Source: Luteirhabdus salina
Lineage (GTDB): Bacteria; Bacteroidota; Bacteroidia; Flavobacteriales; Flavobacteriaceae
Length of the DNA: 64,000 nt
Reading direction: 5' to 3'
Assembly (NCBI GenBank): GCA_025384855.1
Contig: JALAHT010000001.1
Span: 561,064-625,063, forward strand
The notes beneath the pieces were generated by a model. The model was not told the origin of the DNA, made no database searches, and saw only the letters and a list, made by a program, of their open reading frames with translations. How positions within the stretch are numbered: the stretch's first letter is position 1; each line of letters starts with the position of its first letter. Made by a program: the position numbers and the translations under genes. Shown piece after piece: positions 58,776 through 64,000 of this stretch.

Positions 58776-59402
58776 ATGAACAAAGCACTGCAGTTACACT
58801 ATGGTTCCCAATTTGAACAAGCACTGTTAGAGGAAATAAATCAGGTAGCAACCTTTATGGAAGTTCCGGAAGGACAAGATTTAATAAGACCAGGACAATT
58901 TATAAAGTCTATGCCTTTATTGTTATCAGGCAGTATAAAAATTATGCGTCCAGATGCCGATGGAGAAGAGTTGTTACTATACCATCTTGAGAAAGGCGAT
59001 ACCTGTGCAATGACAATGACCTGCTGTATGGGAAATACGAAAAGTGAAATACACGCAGTTACCGAGACCCCTACAAAGCTCTTGATGATTCCTATAGGTA
59101 AAATGGAAGAATGGTCAAGAAAATACAAAACTTGGCGAAACTTTGTATTTGCAAGTTATCACGCACGTATGATGGAAATGCTCGAAAGCATTGATAACAT
59201 TGCCTTCAATAATATGGATGAACGTTTGGAAAATTATTTAAATAATAAAATTGAATTACTAAACAGTAAACACATATATACAACACACAAAGAAATTGCA
59301 GCAGACCTTCATACCAGCCGTGTGGTTATTTCCAGACTGCTTAAAAAAATGGAAAAGGACCTTAAAATAAAATTACACCGCAGTTTTATCGAAGTACTGT
59401 AA
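58776..59402 (+). CDS. Crp/Fnr-family transcriptional regulator
   Basis: cNMP-binding beta-roll. C-terminal HTH (HKEIAADLHTSRVVISRLLKKME). Confidence 0.8.
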   Translation: MNKALQLHYGSQFEQALLEEINQVATFMEVPEGQDLIRPGQFIKSMPLLLSGSIKIMRPDADGEELLLYHLEKGDTCAMTMTCCMGNTKSEIHAVTETPTKLLMIPIGKMEEWSRKYKTWRNFVFASYHARMMEMLESIDNIAFNNMDERLENYLNNKIELLNSKHIYTTHKEIAADLHTSRVVISRLLKKMEKDLKIKLHRSFIEVL

Positions 59403-59462
59403 CATCGGTTACAAACATTTAATATACTGACAGGTACATTTGTCTCATAACTGGTTTGACAA

Positions 59463-60266
59463 ATGGAAATCGTAGAAATTTTAGGATATATAGGGGCGCT
59501 GCTCATAGGGCTCGTTTTAGGTTTAATTGGCGGCGGTGGCTCAATCCTTACTGTTCCCATTTTGGTATACGCACTCTCTCTCAATCCCGTAATCGCTACA
59601 GCCTACTCATTGTTTGTCGTGGGTGCAACTTCACTTGTTGGAGCATTTAAAAATATGATGAAGGGAATGGTAGATTTTAAAACTGCCATCATCTTCGCCA
59701 TACCTGCATTTATCGCAGTATATCTTACTAGAGCCTTTTTAATTCCTGCCATACCCGAAGAGCTTTTTCAAATAGGCGATTTTATGGTCACTAAGAATCT
59801 GGCTATTATGCTGTTTTTTGCTATCATAATGCTATTGGCTTCCGTTTCGATGATACGAAATAAACGTAAGGAAACGGATGAGGAAACGGAAATCACCTAT
59901 AATTATCCACTTATCATAGTTGAAGGTATTATTGTGGGAACAATTACAGGTATTGTAGGTGCTGGCGGTGGGTTCTTGATTATTCCGGCTTTGGTTCTGT
60001 TGGCAAAGTTGCCTATGAAAAAAGCGGTGGCCACTTCACTTTTAATTATTGCAATTAAATCTTTGATCGGGTTTTTGGGCGATGTTCAAAATTTAGATAT
60101 TGATTGGCCATTCCTGCTTATTTTTACAGGAATTTCAATAGTGGGTATTTTTATTGGAATATGGCTAAATAAATTTATCGATGGAAAAAAATTAAAGAAA
60201 GGATTTGGCTGGTTCGTGTTGGTAATGGGTATCTATATTATCTATAAGGAAATTGCCAAGCAATAA
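59463..60266 (+). CDS. TauE/SafE-family sulfite/anion exporter
   Basis: Duplicated 4-TM repeats with GGGGS/GAGGG motifs (LGLIGGGGSILTVPIL; GIVGAGGGFLIIPAL). Confidence 0.8.
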   Translation: MEIVEILGYIGALLIGLVLGLIGGGGSILTVPILVYALSLNPVIATAYSLFVVGATSLVGAFKNMMKGMVDFKTAIIFAIPAFIAVYLTRAFLIPAIPEELFQIGDFMVTKNLAIMLFFAIIMLLASVSMIRNKRKETDEETEITYNYPLIIVEGIIVGTITGIVGAGGGFLIIPALVLLAKLPMKKAVATSLLIIAIKSLIGFLGDVQNLDIDWPFLLIFTGISIVGIFIGIWLNKFIDGKKLKKGFGWFVLVMGIYIIYKEIAKQ

Positions 60267-60268
60267 CT

Positions 60269-61168
60269 ATGGGAAAATACATTGAAATAATAAAACAATC
60301 TTTTTCAGGGTATTACAACTACCTAATTCAAGAAATAACCAATCCCTCGTGGACCAATTATTTTTATTGGCTCATAGGGTTGTCTTTACTTGTATTTCTA
60401 TTGGAAATTATCATCCCTTGGCGTAAAAAGCAACCTGTTTTGAGAAAGGGATTTTTTCTGGATGCCTTTTATATTCTTTTTAATTTCTTCCTGTTTTCCT
60501 TAATTGGTTACAATGCACTCTCTAATGTTGGTGTAGAATTATTTAATGATTTCTTGGGCCTTTTTGGCATTACAAATATAGTAGCCATAGAGGTGCAGAC
60601 ACTTCCGGTATGGTCGCAACTTTTAATAATGTTCATCATTGCAGATTTTGTGCAATGGAATGTTCATAGGATGCTGCACAGAATTCCATGGATGTGGAAA
60701 TTCCATAAAATTCATCATAGCGTTAAGGAAATGGGTTTTGCCGCACAATTTCGGTTTCATTTTTTGGAGACCATCGTGTATAAGTCCATACAGTACATAC
60801 CACTGGCAATGATAGGTTTCGGTATCGAACAGTTTTTTGTGGTACATATGTTTGCCGTTTTTGTAGGGCATCTCAACCACGCAAACCTTGACTGGAGCTA
60901 CGGAAAGCTGGGCTACATATTCAACAATCCACGTATGCATATTTGGCACCATTCTAAAGAGCTTCCCAAAAGCCATCCCTATGGTATGAATTTCGGACTT
61001 ACCTTGAGTGTCTGGGATTATTTATTTAATACTGCCTATGTACCCAAAAGTGGTCGAGATATTGTATTAGGTTTTGAAAACGACACGAATTTTCCAAGGA
61101 CGTTTTGGGAACAGCTGAAGTATCCGTTTGTTCGAAATACAGATAATTCAAAAAAACATAACTCATAA
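60269..61168 (+). CDS. Fatty-acid hydroxylase / sterol desaturase superfamily membrane protein
   Basis: His boxes HRMLH, HKIHH, HIWHH. Confidence 0.75.
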   Translation: MGKYIEIIKQSFSGYYNYLIQEITNPSWTNYFYWLIGLSLLVFLLEIIIPWRKKQPVLRKGFFLDAFYILFNFFLFSLIGYNALSNVGVELFNDFLGLFGITNIVAIEVQTLPVWSQLLIMFIIADFVQWNVHRMLHRIPWMWKFHKIHHSVKEMGFAAQFRFHFLETIVYKSIQYIPLAMIGFGIEQFFVVHMFAVFVGHLNHANLDWSYGKLGYIFNNPRMHIWHHSKELPKSHPYGMNFGLTLSVWDYLFNTAYVPKSGRDIVLGFENDTNFPRTFWEQLKYPFVRNTDNSKKHNS

Positions 61169-61252
61169 GGCTTCACCATTTGACTAATCTGTTGTTATGT
61201 ATCAAAGGTTACAGAAAATGCCGTAGACCTTTTTTAATTTTACAAAAAAACA

Positions 61253-62587
61253 GTGATTATGAATATCAAACAATTTGAATACAAGCCACTTGCCCACTAC
61301 TCTTATGCAATTGTAAGCAATGGTAAGATGGCGGTAATAGACCCAGAACGCAACCCTGAGCAGTATTACGCTTTCGCGAAAGCTAACGATGTAGAAATCG
61401 TTGCAGTAATCGAAACACATCCACACGCTGATTTTGTAAGCTCGCATCTCGAAATCCATAAAAAGACAGGCGCTGTAGTGTATACCAGTACAAAAGTAGG
61501 TGCAGACTACCCGCATCAATCCTTTGATGAAGGTGCAAGTATAAAATTAGGAACAGTTATACTTAAGGCAATAAATACCCCAGGGCATTCGCCAGACAGT
61601 ATAACCGTAGTGGCAACTGAGGGCGAGGAAACGGTATTATTTACTGGTGACACTCTTTTCATAGGCGACGTAGGCCGTCCAGATTTACGTGAGAAGGCGG
61701 GTAATATGAAAGCCAAACGAGAAGAACTGGCCGAAATGATGTACGAAACCATTACAGATAAATTCAAGAATTTACCTGATGATGCTTTGGTTTACCCAGC
61801 ACACGGTGCAGGTACCCTTTGCGGAAAGAGTATAGGTAATGATTCTAGCAGTACCCTAGGCAATGAGCGTATGGGCAATTGGGCATTTAAAGAGCAGTCC
61901 AAAGAAGAATTTATAGACACCTTACTTGATGGTCAACCCTTTATTCCTTCCTATTTTGGTTATAATGTGGATGTCAATAAAACTGGTGCAGCAGATTTGC
62001 AACCTTCCATTGAAAACATTCCATTCACTGAAAATACAGTTGCGGAAGGACTTATAGTTGATACGCGAGACGAAGCCACATTTAAAAATGGACATTTGAA
62101 GGGAAGCATTAACATTCAGGCTGTATCAGAAAACGCGAAGTTCGAAACCTGGTTGGGTTCTATTATTGAGCCTAGGGAAAAGTTTACCTTGGTTATAGAC
62201 AAGGTCGAAAACAAGGATAGTTTATTACACCGTGTGGCAAAAATAGGCTACGAAAAACAGCTGAAACAAGTTATCACCCTTTCTCAAGAAAATCTGGTAA
62301 AAACCGAAAAACTGGACTTGTCTGACTTTAAGAACAATCCTAAAAAGTACACCATAGTTGATATACGCAATACAAGCGAGGTAGAAGAAGAAAAGTTTTT
62401 CGACAGCGCCATTTCACATCCTCTTAATGAGCTGAGAGAAACTGCTAATGATATCCCTACAGATAAACCTATTGTAGTGCACTGTGCAGGCGGTTACAGA
62501 AGTGCTGCAGGAAGTAGCATAATTAAAAATAAAATTTCTGGAACTAAAGTATATGACCTAAGCGATGATATCGAAAAATTTAAATAA
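61253..62587 (+). CDS. MBL-fold metallo-hydrolase fused to rhodanese domain (persulfide-dioxygenase-like)
   Basis: MBL motif ETHPHADF. C-terminal rhodanese active-site loop VVHCAGGYRS. Confidence 0.8.
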   Translation: MIMNIKQFEYKPLAHYSYAIVSNGKMAVIDPERNPEQYYAFAKANDVEIVAVIETHPHADFVSSHLEIHKKTGAVVYTSTKVGADYPHQSFDEGASIKLGTVILKAINTPGHSPDSITVVATEGEETVLFTGDTLFIGDVGRPDLREKAGNMKAKREELAEMMYETITDKFKNLPDDALVYPAHGAGTLCGKSIGNDSSSTLGNERMGNWAFKEQSKEEFIDTLLDGQPFIPSYFGYNVDVNKTGAADLQPSIENIPFTENTVAEGLIVDTRDEATFKNGHLKGSINIQAVSENAKFETWLGSIIEPREKFTLVIDKVENKDSLLHRVAKIGYEKQLKQVITLSQENLVKTEKLDLSDFKNNPKKYTIVDIRNTSEVEEEKFFDSAISHPLNELRETANDIPTDKPIVVHCAGGYRSAAGSSIIKNKISGTKVYDLSDDIEKFK

Positions 62588-62593
62588 TTTTCT

Positions 62594-63814
62594 ATGGATA
62601 TTCGTTTAGGGTTAAGGGAGAACTGGAAACAGTTTTCTCTTTTAATTTTGGTAAGCGCCTTTGTTGGCGGTATGGTTGGATTGGAACGCAGCATATTCCC
62701 TGAATATGCACAGAAGGTTTTTGGGATTGAATCAAAAACAGCAGTACTTTCATTCATAACAGCATTCGGAATTACAAAGGCTCTGACCAATTACTTTACC
62801 GGGCGCCTGGCAAATCTAATAGGTAGAAAAAATTTATTGATTTTTGGATGGTTATTCGCCATTCCTGTTCCTTTTATTTTAATGAATGTAAGCAATTGGA
62901 ACTGGGTGATAGTTGCCAATCTTCTTCTAGGAATCAATCAAGGTCTGACCTGGAGCAGTACCGTGGTAATGAAAATTGATTTGGTAGGGGAGAAAAATCG
63001 CGGACTGGCTATGGGGCTCAATGAATTTGCAGGTTACTTTGCCATCGGTATAGTAGCATTCTTATCAGGTTATGTCGCGGACCAATATGGTATAACCCCA
63101 TATCCGTTTTACATAGGAATTGTCATATCAATTATAGGACTTTTATTGAGCCTCTTCTTTATAAATGATACCGGTAAGTTTGTGAACCTAGAAAGTAAAA
63201 CTGATGATTCTACCTCACTTAAAAATGTTTTTTGGGAAACCACCTTAAAAGATAAAACCCTTAGTTCTGTGAGCCAAGCAGGGCTGGTAAACAACCTTAA
63301 TGATGGAATGATATGGGGGCTATTGCCAATGATTTTGCTTCAGTCCAACTACGATTCTCAAAATATAGGGATTATAACCGCTATCTACCCTACGGTTTGG
63401 GGATTGGGACAATTATTTACGGGCAGGATGTCAGATGTATATTCTAAAAAAGCAATGTTATTCTGGGGAATGCTTTTGCAAGGTATTGCGATTTTAATTT
63501 TACCCTTCATTACAGAGAGCTACATAATTCTAGTTGTCTTAACTTTTACGTTGGGGATTGGTACTGCACTGGTCTACCCTACTTTCTTGTCTACAATTGC
63601 AGCTGCTACGAACCCATCCCAACGTGCAGAAAGCATAGGAACTTTTAGATTGTGGCGAGATTTGGGGTATGCTATTGGAGCAGTAGTTTCCGGCATTATC
63701 GCAGATTTATTTGGTGTGTCGATGGCAATACTGACTATAGGAGGCATAACCATACTATCGGCAATGGTAATCAAATATAGGATGCCACAACTTAAGTTAA
63801 TAAAGAATTTTTAA
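62594..63814 (+). CDS. MFS transporter
   Basis: 12 predicted TM helices. MFS motif A-like GRLANLIGRKN. Confidence 0.8.
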   Translation: MDIRLGLRENWKQFSLLILVSAFVGGMVGLERSIFPEYAQKVFGIESKTAVLSFITAFGITKALTNYFTGRLANLIGRKNLLIFGWLFAIPVPFILMNVSNWNWVIVANLLLGINQGLTWSSTVVMKIDLVGEKNRGLAMGLNEFAGYFAIGIVAFLSGYVADQYGITPYPFYIGIVISIIGLLLSLFFINDTGKFVNLESKTDDSTSLKNVFWETTLKDKTLSSVSQAGLVNNLNDGMIWGLLPMILLQSNYDSQNIGIITAIYPTVWGLGQLFTGRMSDVYSKKAMLFWGMLLQGIAILILPFITESYIILVVLTFTLGIGTALVYPTFLSTIAAATNPSQRAESIGTFRLWRDLGYAIGAVVSGIIADLFGVSMAILTIGGITILSAMVIKYRMPQLKLIKNF

Positions 63815-63881
63815 AGTTCTTTTGGCGACCCTTGCTACAAACTATGAAATTTTTAAAAATGATAATTAACAAATAAAATTT

Positions 63882-64000
63882 ATGTGTATGAATTGGATAT
63901 ATGAACCGTGGCCGTGGTATATCGCAGGACCACTTATTGCACTTGTGATGTTGTTATTGTTGCTCGTTGGAAAGCAATTTGGTATGTCCTCAAACTTACG
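63882..64000 (+). CDS. YeeE/YedE-family (sulfur-compound transport) protein, N-terminal fragment running off the window
   Basis: MCMNWIYEPWPWYIAGPLIALVMLLLLLVGKQFGMSSNL matches the YeeE/YedE N-terminal consensus (W..GP..G…GK.FG.SS). Not in the supplied ORF track because it is truncated. Confidence 0.5.
   Translation, partial: MCMNWIYEPWPWYIAGPLIALVMLLLLLVGKQFGMSSNL

Overview
The window reads as a low-GC Bacteroidota (Flavobacteriia-like) chromosome segment. The taxon is an inference from a T9SS C-terminal sorting domain, the gene repertoire and AT-rich codon usage.

Positions 1-35 kb look like core genome. They hold a TolB-like PD40 protein fragment and a GT-C-like membrane protein. A minus-strand polyamine operon follows: arginine decarboxylase, agmatinase, a deoxyhypusine-synthase-like gene and a GNAT/CN-hydrolase fusion. 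Next are three unusual intergenic islands built from tandem heptanucleotide arrays and shared about 100-bp modules, which flank rluB and a nitrilase-family gene. After these come a mevalonate-pathway/UbiA cluster, an ECF sigma/anti-sigma/TPR-CHAT trio, DUF1697, DUF4174, an HI0933 flavoprotein, a group II PLP decarboxylase, a T9SS-secreted beta-helix protein and an EEP-family hydrolase. The most striking feature is a minus-strand five-gene operon at 25955-34887: a 1630-aa MoxR/AAA_5-like ATPase with long coiled coils, a flotillin, an NfeD-like membrane protein, PspA/IM30 and a YbjN-like protein.

Positions 36-64 kb are an integrative element that runs off the window end. Its left edge has a partial tRNA-Leu(TAG) 3' fragment (an att remnant) next to an intrinsic terminator, then 4x TGTTGTACCT direct repeats and a tyrosine integrase. 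The cargo is copper/silver/heavy-metal resistance: CusA/CzcA RND, a TolC-like protein, an HMA-AraC regulator, a Csp-like four-helix-bundle Cu protein, a multicopper oxidase with a Met-rich insert and a C-terminal beta-barrel-like extension, three DUF3347 paralogs, a haem-binding-domain protein, a P-type Cu ATPase, PepSY, DUF305 and a CusB-like MFP fused to DUF3347. A sulfur-handling module follows: Crp/Fnr, TauE/SafE, a fatty-acid-hydroxylase-family protein, an MBL-rhodanese fusion, an MFS transporter and the N-terminus of a YeeE/YedE protein.

I found no rRNA, no CRISPR array and no complete tRNA. All functional calls rest on motifs read directly from the translations; no database search was possible.
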